This document shows positions 32,539-45,031 of a DNA stretch of 64,000 nucleotides, piece by piece. A program made the position numbers and the translations under genes. Source of the DNA: Escherichia phage FL33; sequence record PP400788; one strand, written 5' to 3'. The notes beneath the pieces are model-generated. The model was not told the origin of the DNA, searched no databases, and saw only the letters and a program-made list of their open reading frames with translations. Every line of letters begins with the position of its first letter. The first letter of the stretch is position 1.

Positions 32539-32731
32539 TACTTATAATTTCAACATCAGCCCAATGACCATAGCAAGGAAGACGAAATTCAACTGGCCAG
32601 TTAGGGTCCTTTTCTAATATAATAGACTTAACTTGTGGTTCTTCATGTTCATCGGTATACGGACCTTTATACGTTACTTTATATGTGACCTTAATGTACT
32701 GAATTCCAAAAATCTTATTAATTATATTCAT
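32525..32731 (-). CDS. hypothetical small protein
   Basis: 68-aa ORF in tightly overlapping early ORF chain. Confidence 0.5.
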   Translation of the reverse strand: MNIINKIFGIQYIKVTYKVTYKGPYTDEHEEPQVKSIILEKDPNWPVEFRLPCYGHWADVEIISIENV

Positions 32732-32925
32732 ACTAATTCCTTTAATCCATAGATAGGAGATAATTCATCACCCATACGAAGGTCTTCATTTCCATCTACC
32801 CAGGAAACAATATAAGCCTCTTTTATTTGAATACCACTCCATTTAAATGGAGGTAGAACCTTAGAAATTAATCCAGGTATACCGACTCCCTTTAATTCAA
32901 CAGTTTGACCCAAAAAGAATTTCAT
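32728..32925 (-). CDS. hypothetical small protein
   Basis: 65-aa ORF, 4-nt overlaps with neighbours. Confidence 0.5.
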   Translation of the reverse strand: MKFFLGQTVELKGVGIPGLISKVLPPFKWSGIQIKEAYIVSWVDGNEDLRMGDELSPIYGLKELV

Positions 32926-33212
32926 TAGAACCTCATCTGAAAACCATGCGATTTAACATTACCGCCGTCAATATCAGAAATGTTAATTTCACGCGCAATT
33001 GAAGGGTCAATGTCAATTTCACGATTGAGTTTAGCGATAGCTAGAGTATCACGCCCATTTACAGTACGGAACTCTAAAGGGCAGACTGCATTAACATAGT
33101 TTTTAATCGATTCACTGGTAGGCTGCAAATGAGCAGGAAGGTCTTTAGGCGCCTTAGAGAAAACTACTTCGCAAAAATTTTTACGAGTATCAAAATAAGT
33201 AGTCATAAACAT
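32925..33212 (-). CDS. hypothetical protein
   Basis: 95-aa ORF, coupled with downstream ORF. Confidence 0.55.
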   Translation of the reverse strand: MFMTTYFDTRKNFCEVVFSKAPKDLPAHLQPTSESIKNYVNAVCPLEFRTVNGRDTLAIAKLNREIDIDPSIAREINISDIDGGNVKSHGFQMRF

Positions 33213-33230
33213 AGTATTTTCCTCAGTAAG

Positions 33231-33244
33231 GGGCCGAAGCCCCT
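33231..33244 (-). terminator. hairpin between early ORFs
   Basis: ggggc-cgaa-gcccc hairpin followed by T-run. Confidence 0.6.
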
Positions 33245-33252
33245 ATTTTATT

Positions 33253-33618
33253 TTAAATATCAAATTCATTAAGAACTACATCAAAGATTGCTTCAAGATG
33301 CTCAGGTTTAGCTCTGTTGCTCAGAATATGACGAATCCAAGTTTTAACCAGAAGCTTGCGATTAACGCCATTCCAACAAGGATGAGTACCTAAATCACGT
33401 TGACGGAAATCATCATCTAATGCGATTTTAAAGGAAGAACCTTCTTTCGTGATTGAAACCGTGATGCCATTTTCAAATCGCATATAAACGTAGTTAGGAG
33501 TCATATACTGTTCAATTTCGCATACTGATCCATTTTGATGTTTCCAAAGGCAGATAGTATCAATAGAACCTGCAATACCATTAGAAACATATTTACGTTC
33601 AAAGTTGATGTAGTTCAT
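33253..33618 (-). CDS. hypothetical protein
   Basis: 121-aa ORF with early promoter just upstream. Confidence 0.6.
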   Translation of the reverse strand: MNYINFERKYVSNGIAGSIDTICLWKHQNGSVCEIEQYMTPNYVYMRFENGITVSITKEGSSFKIALDDDFRQRDLGTHPCWNGVNRKLLVKTWIRHILSNRAKPEHLEAIFDVVLNEFDI

Positions 33619-33654
33619 TTTTATTCTCCGAGATGTTTAATTGCGGTACAGGTA

Positions 33655-33683
33655 TATAATATCATATCCTGTACCAAAGTAAA
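33655..33683 (-). promoter_or_regulatory. T4-type early promoter (GTTTAC -35, 17-nt spacer, TATTAT -10)
   Basis: Minus strand GTTTAC...TATTAT then GGAGAATAAAA ATG at 33618. Confidence 0.6.
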
Positions 33684-33686
33684 CAA

Positions 33687-34019
33687 TTATTTTACTACTT
33701 TCCAGTGCTGCATGTCAAGTTTGCCAACTTTTTTCATCTTCTCAATTAAGCGTTCGGCACGTTGGCGAGCTGTAACATAATACCATTCACCTAATTCATT
33801 TTGTTCAATTTTTCCAACGATTACTGTATTCAACTCATAAATCCAACCGGTAAAGAAATTATGAACTTGAATTGTAAAGGTGAAATCTGTTCCCATACCT
33901 TCTGTTGTTTCTACTTCAATAATATCACCTTCAACTGCCATTAAGAACCACATAGTTTCATCATATTTACCATTGAAGCATTTAGTTTTAACTGTAGCGT
34001 TCAGATTAATCGTTTTCAT
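33687..34019 (-). CDS. hypothetical protein
   Basis: 110-aa ORF with early promoter and SD upstream. Confidence 0.6.
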   Translation of the reverse strand: MKTINLNATVKTKCFNGKYDETMWFLMAVEGDIIEVETTEGMGTDFTFTIQVHNFFTGWIYELNTVIVGKIEQNELGEWYYVTARQRAERLIEKMKKVGKLDMQHWKVVK

Positions 34020-34046
34020 TTTATTCTCCTTTGTTTGTGTAAGATA

Positions 34047-34076
34047 ATACTATCACAAAGGAACTATACTGTAAAC
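34047..34076 (-). promoter_or_regulatory. T4-type early promoter
   Basis: Minus strand GTTTAC-18 nt-TAGTAT, then AAGGAGAATAA ATG at 34019. Confidence 0.6.
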
Positions 34077-34105
34077 AACTTTGTGCAATCTTTGGAAAAT
34101 AAAAA

Positions 34106-34125
34106 AGGACTCCCGAAGGAGTCCT
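34106..34125 (-). terminator. hairpin terminator
   Basis: aggactcc-cgaa-ggagtcct hairpin followed by T-run (minus strand). Confidence 0.7.
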
Positions 34126-34129
34126 TAAC

Positions 34130-34348
34130 TTATGCTTTCTGCTTACCAAAACGAGAAGCATCATCTCGAAGAACCGCACGTGCTCGGCGCATGATCTTCT
34201 CAACAGTTTGATTGATACGAGAGTTCGACCCACGCTTGTAACCAGCGCGTTTAGAATCACCAACTTTCTTTTCAACTGCTTTCTTTGCTTTAGCTTGTTT
34301 TGCCATTATAAATTCTCTTTTAAATGAAAATGCAGGACTTATTGGCAT
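34130..34348 (-). CDS. hypothetical small basic protein
   Basis: 72-aa ORF; Lys/Arg-rich; alternative start at Met15 (34306) gives 58 aa. Confidence 0.5.
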   Translation of the reverse strand: MPISPAFSFKREFIMAKQAKAKKAVEKKVGDSKRAGYKRGSNSRINQTVEKIMRRARAVLRDDASRFGKQKA

Positions 34349-34593
34349 TGCCTGCGCAAGCCCTCAAGGGGAACATAGGTTTTGAATATTTACCGACAGG
34401 ATAACCATAAACCTCGTCAACATACCACCAAGACTTACACAGATAACACTTTTCTGACGCATGATAGTAACATTCAAGAGGTACACCATAAAACTGCCGG
34501 GGTCTTAAAACTATAATGATTCGCAAATCATTAATCAGACAGTTCGATGGCTCCTCGATTTAGCTCACACTAAGGCAGTGAATCTCCAATAAA

Positions 34594-34842
34594 TTACTTC
34601 AGTGTTACCACAAAGTGACGAACTGCTTTTCGTGCAGCAGAAGCCAAAGGCTTAGCATATTTAAGTTCATCTTTTTCCTGAAGCTCAGCAGCTAATGCAG
34701 TTTGAGCAGGATTCAGATGTTTGAAATAACGCAGGATTTCAAGAGCTTCGGCTTCAACATCAATAGATGCGCCATAGTTTTCGTGACCATTATTCCATGC
34801 GTTTCGTTGCAGTTCAAGAGCGTGTTGTAATTGTTTAATCAT
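34594..34842 (-). CDS. rIII: RIII lysis-inhibition accessory protein
   Basis: 82-aa ORF at T4 rIII position and length. Confidence 0.85.
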   Translation of the reverse strand: MIKQLQHALELQRNAWNNGHENYGASIDVEAEALEILRYFKHLNPAQTALAAELQEKDELKYAKPLASAARKAVRHFVVTLK

Positions 34843-34989
34843 TTAAAAATTCTCGTTAGAGATTAAAACTCGGTAGTCACGTTCTTCTGAATTTCATCTT
34901 CTTTCGACAGATCTCTCAGTTGTAGACTACCACGTAGAATTGTTCGGTTAACTTATTATTCCGACACCCAATTCATATTATTATTTATA

Positions 34990-35325
34990 TCACTTATAAA
35001 GACATGGAATAGCTTTATAATGACATGTTACGAATTTTTGTTTAATTTCTTTTGGCTGCTTAAGACCCAGAGCTACAAAAGGATGCGGAACATTTCGAAT
35101 TTGACCAACTGGAAGAGAAGTCAAATCACCAACTTCGCAGAAACCTTCAGGAACATCAGGACCAACAGAGTGAACTACACACAGTTCAGGAACTTCACCT
35201 TGAACACGTTTACCGATAATGAGTCCTGATTCTGTAACTTCTTCATCACCAGCTTGCGCAGGTTCAGAAACTAAAATAACAAATTCACCGACAGCACGAA
35301 TTGGTAGCTGTTGTACTTCAGACAT
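34990..35325 (-). CDS. 31: gp31 co-chaperonin (GroES-like)
   Basis: 111-aa ORF; T4 gp31 length and position. Confidence 0.93.
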   Translation of the reverse strand: MSEVQQLPIRAVGEFVILVSEPAQAGDEEVTESGLIIGKRVQGEVPELCVVHSVGPDVPEGFCEVGDLTSLPVGQIRNVPHPFVALGLKQPKEIKQKFVTCHYKAIPCLYK

Positions 35326-35381
35326 TGTTTTTCCTTTTTGTTAACAGATGAATTAATAATAACAAATAATTCTTAAAGCAT

Positions 35382-35690
35382 TTATTTACCAATAAATTGA
35401 AGCAAATGCTCAACTTTCATACCATTAACGGAAATCAATTTGTCAATAGAAAAACCTCGCCATGCACCAAGCTCAACATCAAATACTGGAATCATATCAG
35501 TAGATTCTTTCCGAGTAAATTCAGTCAATTTACCGGTTTGCATGGTTGGCATAAAGTCAGCATCGCGTGTGCCTTTCATAGTACGAATAGTACCGTCAGA
35601 CTTTTCAAAAACTACATTTGAAATACCCATGGACAATTTAGTTTTCAAAATTTCACGAATTGCTACTTTCTGTTCAGTCGTCAGTTTCAT
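35382..35690 (-). CDS. hypothetical protein (31.1 position)
   Basis: 102-aa ORF. Confidence 0.6.
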   Translation of the reverse strand: MKLTTEQKVAIREILKTKLSMGISNVVFEKSDGTIRTMKGTRDADFMPTMQTGKLTEFTRKESTDMIPVFDVELGAWRGFSIDKLISVNGMKVEHLLQFIGK

Positions 35691-35927
35691 TTATTTACCT
35701 ATCACAGTTTTAATATGAGTTGTTCCACGTTCTTTAAGAGTGGAAAGCAATTTTTGGCATTTTTCTAAATCAGATTTCCAACTATACGGTCTATCAATAC
35801 AAACCCAGTTTGACTTATAATACTGCTTCCATTTAGAGAAAAAATATTTCTTATACTCTACAGCAAATGAAATGTTCTCGTTGGAATAAGAACTAATTGC
35901 TGTGAGTTGTACCAAACGAAATTTCAT
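35691..35927 (-). CDS. hypothetical protein (31.2 position)
   Basis: 78-aa ORF directly upstream of cd. Confidence 0.55.
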   Translation of the reverse strand: MKFRLVQLTAISSYSNENISFAVEYKKYFFSKWKQYYKSNWVCIDRPYSWKSDLEKCQKLLSTLKERGTTHIKTVIGK

Positions 35928-36508
35928 TATTCACCACAGAATTCGTTGATATTTTCCCAGTTTAACTTATTCAAGTTTTTCTTAGGAACATTAAACACTT
36001 CAATACCTGCATTTCGCAGAATATCATCCCAGCCAGATTTATTTTTATCGTATGTTTCGCAATAAACCAGCTTTTTAATACCAGATTGAGCTATCGCTTT
36101 TGCACAATCTGGGCAAGGAGAAAGTGTTACATACATAGTAGCACCTTCAATTGAAGAACCGTTTCGTGCAGCAAACAAAATCGCATTTAGTTCAGCATGA
36201 ATTTCATTTTTAGACGACCATTCAGAGTGAGCACTGCGGTGTTCTTTCGCCAAGACAAAACGATCAGTTGAACCAAATGATACGCATTCAGGCTTATGAC
36301 CTTGAATGATAGTATGTTTAGGCTTATTCAGCAACCAACCTTGCTCAGCAGCATAATCACAGCAATTCACACCACCTGCAGGCGAACCATTATACCCAGT
36401 AGAAATAATACGTCCATTCTTTTCAATTACTGCTCCTACCTTCCAGGAGCAACATTTTGATTCTTGTGATACTAAATATGCAATTTGAAGTACTGTACTC
36501 GCTTTCAT
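35927..36508 (-). CDS. cd: dCMP deaminase
   Basis: 193 aa; zinc-binding deaminase motifs HAELNAI and SPCPDCAKAI. Confidence 0.93.
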   Translation of the reverse strand: MKASTVLQIAYLVSQESKCCSWKVGAVIEKNGRIISTGYNGSPAGGVNCCDYAAEQGWLLNKPKHTIIQGHKPECVSFGSTDRFVLAKEHRSAHSEWSSKNEIHAELNAILFAARNGSSIEGATMYVTLSPCPDCAKAIAQSGIKKLVYCETYDKNKSGWDDILRNAGIEVFNVPKKNLNKLNWENINEFCGE

Positions 36509-36843
36509 TTCATAATCACCAGATAAGCAGATTTAGCAGTTTCAACACGATAAATTTCGTGACGAAGTTTAGTTATACTTTTAATAACAGAACTAATTAT
36601 ATTCTGCCCATCTTTAAAGCGGTTTTTCTTATCAATAAAAATTGCGCCAACCATCTTTTTGTGAAGCTCAACTGGATACTTCGTCACAATAATAGCATCA
36701 TACACAGAAGGATGAATACTATTCACTAGAGTGTCATTCATTAAAGTTATTCTAATGAACTTTGCTGTTTCAGAGTCAAGCGCTCTATGATCACCAGTAT
36801 CATTTTCAAGACAATTATCAATTATATCAGTTAAATTCATCAT
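36505..36843 (-). CDS. hypothetical protein
   Basis: 112-aa ORF, 4-nt overlap with cd. Confidence 0.55.
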   Translation of the reverse strand: MMNLTDIIDNCLENDTGDHRALDSETAKFIRITLMNDTLVNSIHPSVYDAIIVTKYPVELHKKMVGAIFIDKKNRFKDGQNIISSVIKSITKLRHEIYRVETAKSAYLVIMK

Positions 36844-37076
36844 AGTACGCCATACACCCTTTGTGCTTCAACTAATCCATCAAAATCCAATTTGAGATGT
36901 GTTATTTGATCACCATCACCTGGATTCACAATTACTAATACTGAACGAGGAGTTTCGGTAATAACACGAACCAATGTTTCTGGAAATCGTTCAGAAACCT
37001 TATTTACTAATTCCTGTGCAAATAGTTTAACTTTTTCTTGGAATTCTTTAACAGTAATTGGTTTTTCACTTAGCAT
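36840..37076 (-). CDS. hypothetical protein
   Basis: 78-aa ORF with early promoter upstream. Confidence 0.55.
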   Translation of the reverse strand: MLSEKPITVKEFQEKVKLFAQELVNKVSERFPETLVRVITETPRSVLVIVNPGDGDQITHLKLDFDGLVEAQRVYGVL

Positions 37077-37106
37077 TTTGTTTTCCTCATTTATTTTGGT
37101 AGAGCT

Positions 37107-37136
37107 ATAATATCACAACTCTACCATAAAGTAAAC
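37107..37136 (-). promoter_or_regulatory. T4-type early promoter
   Basis: Minus strand GTTTAC-18 nt-TATTAT upstream of ORF starting at 37076. Confidence 0.55.
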
Positions 37137-37138
37137 CA

Positions 37139-37420
37139 TTAAATTGCTTTGAATTCTGATGTCTGTGATTCAAAGCGAATATCGCCTTTGATGACTAGCT
37201 CAGCATCAAGACCAAATACGACAATGATATGCGCGGAACCCGGATACAGCGTAATTGCAATAGAATCCACCTGGTCTGGAAGCAAAGTGTTCAATACATG
37301 AGTCACTTGAGCATGAATTCGAAGCTCGGCTGCGTTATCAAGCTTTTCAAACATATTATTAGCGATAATTTGACTAAACACTACTTCTACGATTTTAGAA
37401 TAAGTCGGAAACATATTCAC
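37139..37420 (-). CDS. hypothetical protein
   Basis: 93-aa ORF. Confidence 0.55.
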   Translation of the reverse strand: MNMFPTYSKIVEVVFSQIIANNMFEKLDNAAELRIHAQVTHVLNTLLPDQVDSIAITLYPGSAHIIVVFGLDAELVIKGDIRFESQTSEFKAI

Positions 37421-37609
37421 CCCACATAATTTTCTTCAAGCCAATTAATAACATCCAACGCATTATCAAAAGTTGAACCATCTACTATGTCTTCTGTTTC
37501 ATAATCAAGAATATCTAAGTCTATTCTTCCATCAACAATAGGCCATAAACAAAATAGATATTTCTTTTCTTTTTCAATTTTATCGCAAAGTTGATAAATC
37601 TTTTCTATG

Positions 37610-37617
<8 letters not shown>
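37417..37617 (-). CDS. hypothetical small protein
   Basis: 66-aa ORF, 4-nt overlap. Confidence 0.5.
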
Positions 37618-39025
<1,408 letters not shown>

Positions 39026-39029
<4 letters not shown>

Positions 39030-39256
39030 TTATTTTTCTCAACCAATGATTGAATATAATCATGCAGGTCTTTAGATGCTTTACCCCACTTATTTTGATA
39101 TTCATTTTTGAGATTAGCACGTGATTGAGCTAATAAAACATCATTAGTTGGAGGTAAAGATTCTAATCGCTGAATCTGACGTCCATAAATCATTGCAGCC
39201 ATCTCGGATTCATAAATCAATCCTTTGAGATGTTCAAATTGATGCCATGAAATCAT
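39026..39256 (-). CDS. hypothetical small protein
   Basis: 76-aa ORF. Confidence 0.5.
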
Positions 39257-39552
39257 TTACATTTATCCTCTTTTAACTCTTGGCGATAATAACATATCAT
39301 AGTTTTCTGGTCGTGTACATATCGTTTTACATCATTAAGCCAAATACGAAATTCCTGGGAATCTTCAAATGGCATACCAACCCAAGCTTTACCATCAATA
39401 ACTTTAACTTGCCAAGATAGTTTAGCTTCGTCATATGACTTTATTTGTACAGGCCAATTAGGATGAATTGTTTCTTTCTTTACTTCTAGAGGCTTTGTCG
39501 AACAACCAACTAGAAGACCAATAGATAATATTACTGCTGATAGTTTAATCAT
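39253..39552 (-). CDS. outer-membrane spanin (lipoprotein)
   Basis: 99 aa; signal peptide with lipobox LLVGC; overlaps upstream i-spanin-like ORF by 4 nt. Confidence 0.6.
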   Translation of the reverse strand: MIKLSAVILSIGLLVGCSTKPLEVKKETIHPNWPVQIKSYDEAKLSWQVKVIDGKAWVGMPFEDSQEFRIWLNDVKRYVHDQKTMICYYRQELKEDKCK

Positions 39553-39902
39553 TTAGAAAGGTCCTGGATGTCTTCTGCGAACTTGTTGAAGGAGTTGTTG
39601 ATTTGTTTTTCAACCAATCCTGGCTTATGAGCCACCACATCCGCCTTCTTTGCGTCTTTGCGCAGTTTTTCATTTTCACGCTCAATAGCAGCAATTGCCT
39701 CACGATTTTTAGTATTCATCGCATCAATATAATTATACTGAATTCGCAAATTATTTAATGCTAAGGCGTTTTCATTGGCCGTTTTTGTAATTTCAGTAAC
39801 TGATGTTTCTAATCTTTCTACCTTATTTTTTAAAATAATAGATGTTCCGCCAAATGCTATTACAAGTAATAGCAATCCAGCTGTAAAATTACTTACATGC
39901 AT
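39549..39902 (-). CDS. inner-membrane spanin (N-terminal TMD + coiled coil)
   Basis: 117 aa; hydrophobic N-terminus GLLLLVIAFGG then charged coiled-coil. Confidence 0.55.
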   Translation of the reverse strand: MHVSNFTAGLLLLVIAFGGTSIILKNKVERLETSVTEITKTANENALALNNLRIQYNYIDAMNTKNREAIAAIERENEKLRKDAKKADVVAHKPGLVEKQINNSFNKFAEDIQDLSK

Positions 39903-40396
39903 AAAGTTTTAATAACCTCTACAATATCGTCTTGAGAAAGACCGTTAATTAAAATATGATGTTCAGCTGGAGATTTAGAAATTTTAAAGCATGCCTCAAC
40001 ATCTTCTGCCATATCCGATGCACTACGATTTGGATTACTAATTCCAAGACGATGTTTTCCCGTCAAAGGATTAACGATGATATAGCATTTACAACTATTG
40101 ATATGAACATTAGGTTGTGTCTGATTAATGAACACTTCACAATCATACTTAGCGAGTTGATTTTCTAAAAAGACTTTCATCTCCTCAACTGCATCAGGAA
40201 GCATATCACGGGCTTGCTCAAGACGACGATTTCGATATTCTTTAATGGTCGTTTTCCGCTTGACTTGTTTAGCTAAATCTTTCTTAAGATCAGTGATATA
40301 TCCAACTCGACGATTTCCTTTGAATACAGAAATCCCATCTGTAGTATCACCGTATGCTTCAACGACCATTTCAGTAGTAATAAGCTGCAAATCCAT
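39893..40396 (-). CDS. alc: Alc, inhibitor of host transcription
   Basis: 167 aa from second Met (ORF extends to 40399); T4 Alc position; RBS from the repeat cassette. Confidence 0.85.
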   Translation of the reverse strand: MDLQLITTEMVVEAYGDTTDGISVFKGNRRVGYITDLKKDLAKQVKRKTTIKEYRNRRLEQARDMLPDAVEEMKVFLENQLAKYDCEVFINQTQPNVHINSCKCYIIVNPLTGKHRLGISNPNRSASDMAEDVEACFKISKSPAEHHILINGLSQDDIVEVIKTLCM

Positions 40397-40403
40397 CATA
40401 AAG

Positions 40404-40457
40404 TCCTCATGTTATGTCAGTAAGATTACTATAACACAACACGAGGGACTTGTAAAC
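40404..40457 (-). repeat. 54-bp exact direct repeat, copy 2 (early-promoter + RBS cassette)
   Basis: Identical to 25061-25114; between rnlA stop and alc start. Confidence 0.9.
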
Positions 40458-40460
40458 AGC

Positions 40461-42048
<1,588 letters not shown>

Positions 42049-42056
42049 AATAAAAT

Positions 42057-42070
42057 GGGCCTTGCGGCCC
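42057..42070 (-). terminator. hairpin after nrdB
   Basis: gggcc-ttgc-ggccc hairpin immediately downstream of nrdB stop. Confidence 0.5.
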
Positions 42071-42075
42071 ACTCC

Positions 42076-43245
42076 TTAAAAGTATTTTTTAAAACTCATC
42101 ATAACTTTATCATCAACATCATTATCAATCTGTGCAACAAGGTAAGATGACAGTTCTACTTCTTGTGGCGCGGATTGAACATTATCAGAATTAAGATATT
42201 CACGAATCCAAGGATATGGATGTTTAACCGGAGCATCGGTAATTGGGCATGGAAGACCACACTGTTTCATACGAGATACAGTTAAGTAATCAATAAAGCT
42301 CCACATGCTATTTGTATTTAATCCAGGAACATCACCATCTTTAAATAAATGAACTGCCCAATCTTTTTCTTGGCGGTTAACTTCCATGAAAATATCAACT
42401 GCTTCTTGTTCACACTCTTGAGCAATTTTAACCCATTCATCGCCATCAGTGCCAAGTTGAAGTTGACGAATAATATATTGGGTGCCTTTAAGGTGAAGCT
42501 GCTCATCACGAGCAATGAACTTCATAATCTTGGCATTACCTTCCATGATTTCCATGTTTTTGTGGAAGTTAAATGTACACGCGAAAGATACGTAAAAACG
42601 AATAGCTTCCAGGGCGTTGATTACATGAAGGCAAAGATAAAGAGATTTCATTAGTGCTCGTTTAGTACATTCAACAACTTTGCCTAACTCTTCTTTACGA
42701 AATCCTTCTGATAAAATTCCTTCATAATCTTCAACCGCATTCTGATATTCACGAGTCTTAACTAGAACATCATCGTAATAGCGACCAATGGACTCGGCAC
42801 GTTTCATAATAGCTTTATCTAATACAATCTCATCAAATACCTTTGACGGATCAGTATAAAGATTTCGCATAATATGAGTGTATGAACGACTGTGAATAGT
42901 TTCACTAAAAGTCCATGTAGCAACCCATGTATCAAGACTTGGGTCTGAAATTAACGACATAAGTACAGCAGACGGCGCACGACCCTGAATGCTATCCAAA
43001 AGTGATTGATACTTCAAGTTATTAGTAAAAATATCTTGCTGATATTGAGGAAGCTTGTTAAATTGTGCAGCATCCATCATCAAGTTTACTTCTTCAGGAC
43101 GCCAGAAAAATGACAACTGCTTTTCGGTTAAATCTTCAAAAACTTTATGACGTTGAATATCATAACGCGCAATACCAAGACCTGAACCGAAGAACATAGG
43201 TTCTTTTAAAACATCAACTGGATTTGTATTAAAAACTGTGCTCAT
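42076..43245 (-). CDS. nrdB: ribonucleotide reductase small subunit NrdB (uninterrupted)
   Basis: 389-aa continuous ORF with class Ia R2 features; no intron. Confidence 0.95.
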   Translation of the reverse strand: MSTVFNTNPVDVLKEPMFFGSGLGIARYDIQRHKVFEDLTEKQLSFFWRPEEVNLMMDAAQFNKLPQYQQDIFTNNLKYQSLLDSIQGRAPSAVLMSLISDPSLDTWVATWTFSETIHSRSYTHIMRNLYTDPSKVFDEIVLDKAIMKRAESIGRYYDDVLVKTREYQNAVEDYEGILSEGFRKEELGKVVECTKRALMKSLYLCLHVINALEAIRFYVSFACTFNFHKNMEIMEGNAKIMKFIARDEQLHLKGTQYIIRQLQLGTDGDEWVKIAQECEQEAVDIFMEVNRQEKDWAVHLFKDGDVPGLNTNSMWSFIDYLTVSRMKQCGLPCPITDAPVKHPYPWIREYLNSDNVQSAPQEVELSSYLVAQIDNDVDDKVMMSFKKYF

Positions 43246-43296
43246 AAATTTTCCGCTTAGTTAATAGATAGTGACTCGTCCGTGAGTCAAATTATA

Positions 43297-44286
43297 TCAT
43301 AATTTACAGGATGAACAATCTTCAGCTTTTGGAGTTTCTATTTCATAATCATCAGTACCAGAACCATCACGGGTATTATGATAATAGAAATTTTTTCCGC
43401 CAAAATACCAAAAATACAAAAGGTCATCAATCATTACAGACATTGGAACCTTTCCTTTTGGAAAAATCTGCGGGTCATAATATGTATTCGCTGAAGCTGA
43501 TTGACATACCCATTTCAGCATAATAGCTACCTGCGTAAGATAAGGTTTATTACCTTTCTTAGCTAATTTCCATGTATAATCATAGAGGTCTATGTTATGT
43601 TCAATATTGGGCACGACTTGATTAAAGGAACCCTCTTTTGATTCTTTAACCGAGACTGGTCCACGTGGAGGCTCGATACCATTTGTACTGTTAGAAACTT
43701 GGGAAGATGACTCACATGGCATAAGTGCTGATAATGTGCTATTACGGATGCCAAAGAGCTTAAGGTCTTCCCGCAGCGACGACCAGTCACAAACGTATTT
43801 TGGAGCTGCGATTTGGTCAATCTTTTTATTGTACCAGTCGATAGGTAATTCGCCTCGAGACCAACGAGTGTCTGAATAATATTCGCAAGGTCCTTTTTCT
43901 TTGGCGAGCTTAATGGATGCTTTGATGAGTCCATACTGTAATCTCTCAAATAGTTCATGTGTTAAATCGTTAGCATCTTCATAAGAAGCAAAGTTACTTG
44001 CCAGCCAAGCTGCATAGTTAGTAACACCTACACCAAGATTTCGACGCTTTTTAGCTTTTTCTGCTTCAGGAACTGGATATCCTTGGTAATCCAAAAGATT
44101 ATCAAGAGCACGAACTTGAACTTCTGCTAATTCATTAATTTTATCTTGGTCTTGCCAATCGAAGTTATCTAATACGAATGCGCTAAGGGTACAAAGCCCC
44201 ACTTCTCCCTTGTTTTCAATAACTTCTATTGTAGTATACTCATCATCTTCGTAAAATTCATCTACAAATTCATAATCAATATTCAT
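43297..44286 (-). CDS. nrdA: ribonucleotide reductase large subunit NrdA, C-terminal piece
   Basis: 329 aa; own ATG; ...GEVGLCTLSAF...NSTLSALMP...GIEPPRG... to C-terminus CSSCKL, aligns with E. coli NrdA from ~residue 455. Confidence 0.9.
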   Translation of the reverse strand: MNIDYEFVDEFYEDDEYTTIEVIENKGEVGLCTLSAFVLDNFDWQDQDKINELAEVQVRALDNLLDYQGYPVPEAEKAKKRRNLGVGVTNYAAWLASNFASYEDANDLTHELFERLQYGLIKASIKLAKEKGPCEYYSDTRWSRGELPIDWYNKKIDQIAAPKYVCDWSSLREDLKLFGIRNSTLSALMPCESSSQVSNSTNGIEPPRGPVSVKESKEGSFNQVVPNIEHNIDLYDYTWKLAKKGNKPYLTQVAIMLKWVCQSASANTYYDPQIFPKGKVPMSVMIDDLLYFWYFGGKNFYYHNTRDGSGTDDYEIETPKAEDCSSCKL

Positions 44287-44986
44287 TTAATTCTTCTACC
44301 TTTTTTCTAGTAATTCCTAAAGCTTTAGATGCTCGATGTATTGATTGATATTCTATACCGTTTATTTTTACAGCAATTAAGTTATGGGGTTTTAATCCCT
44401 TTGGATGAGGTTTACTGACGAAAACTAAATTATCAAGCTCTGAAATCTTATCCAATTTCTTACACTTAAATCCTTTGTGATGCGACCGTTTACCTTTACA
44501 AACGGCTGACATAGTAGACGGATTTAAATTATGCTCTTTACAAAATTCGTTAAGACCTCGATGAATTTCCTCATGACCATCCGGAAATGTAAACACCCAA
44601 GATGTTTGAAGTCGAGATTTAACTTCTGGAGACATAGGAATACCTTTGTTCCAAGCTGGTTTGCCTTTATTATTTTCAGATACAGAAATAGCCAATTTTC
44701 TTCTAAGCCACCCATGACGTTTATTGGTGTTCTTTCGTTCAATATTATCTTCAGAATAAACACACATCATATTAGCAGCAAATATCAATTTATGATTATC
44801 TGGATATATCTTTACTAATAATTGATGAGCTATGTAATGCTCTTCTGGTGTCAAATCTACCAGGTTTTCCTTTGTATCAGAACCACCAATACACAGAGGT
44901 ATAATATGGTGTGATTCGGTATAGCAATCTAATTTTCTGTTCTTAGCTTTAGAAATAAGGTTATTGTAAATTTTAGAATAATCCAT
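44276..44986 (-). CDS. HNH homing endonuclease (MobE-like) inserted in nrdA
   Basis: 236 aa; HNH motif HHIIPLCIGGSDTKENLVDLTPEEHYIAH, NUMOD-like GKPAWNKG / KPHPKG repeats, C-terminal HTH; GAGG RBS upstream. Confidence 0.85.
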   Translation of the reverse strand: MDYSKIYNNLISKAKNRKLDCYTESHHIIPLCIGGSDTKENLVDLTPEEHYIAHQLLVKIYPDNHKLIFAANMMCVYSEDNIERKNTNKRHGWLRRKLAISVSENNKGKPAWNKGIPMSPEVKSRLQTSWVFTFPDGHEEIHRGLNEFCKEHNLNPSTMSAVCKGKRSHHKGFKCKKLDKISELDNLVFVSKPHPKGLKPHNLIAVKINGIEYQSIHRASKALGITRKKVEELNEY

Positions 44987-45031
44987 AACTTTTCCTCTTG
45001 TTATGGATTATTTATTAACGGTCTGTGTACT

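Noticed and set aside
34021-34275. 84-aa ORF overlapping the small basic ORF in another frame
   Set aside because: Alternative frame of a better-supported ORF and terminator hairpin; no independent start signals.
34320-34526. 68-aa minus-strand ORF in the rIII-proximal gap
   Set aside because: Cys/Trp/Tyr-rich, no Shine-Dalgarno. The region is reported as possibly non-coding instead.
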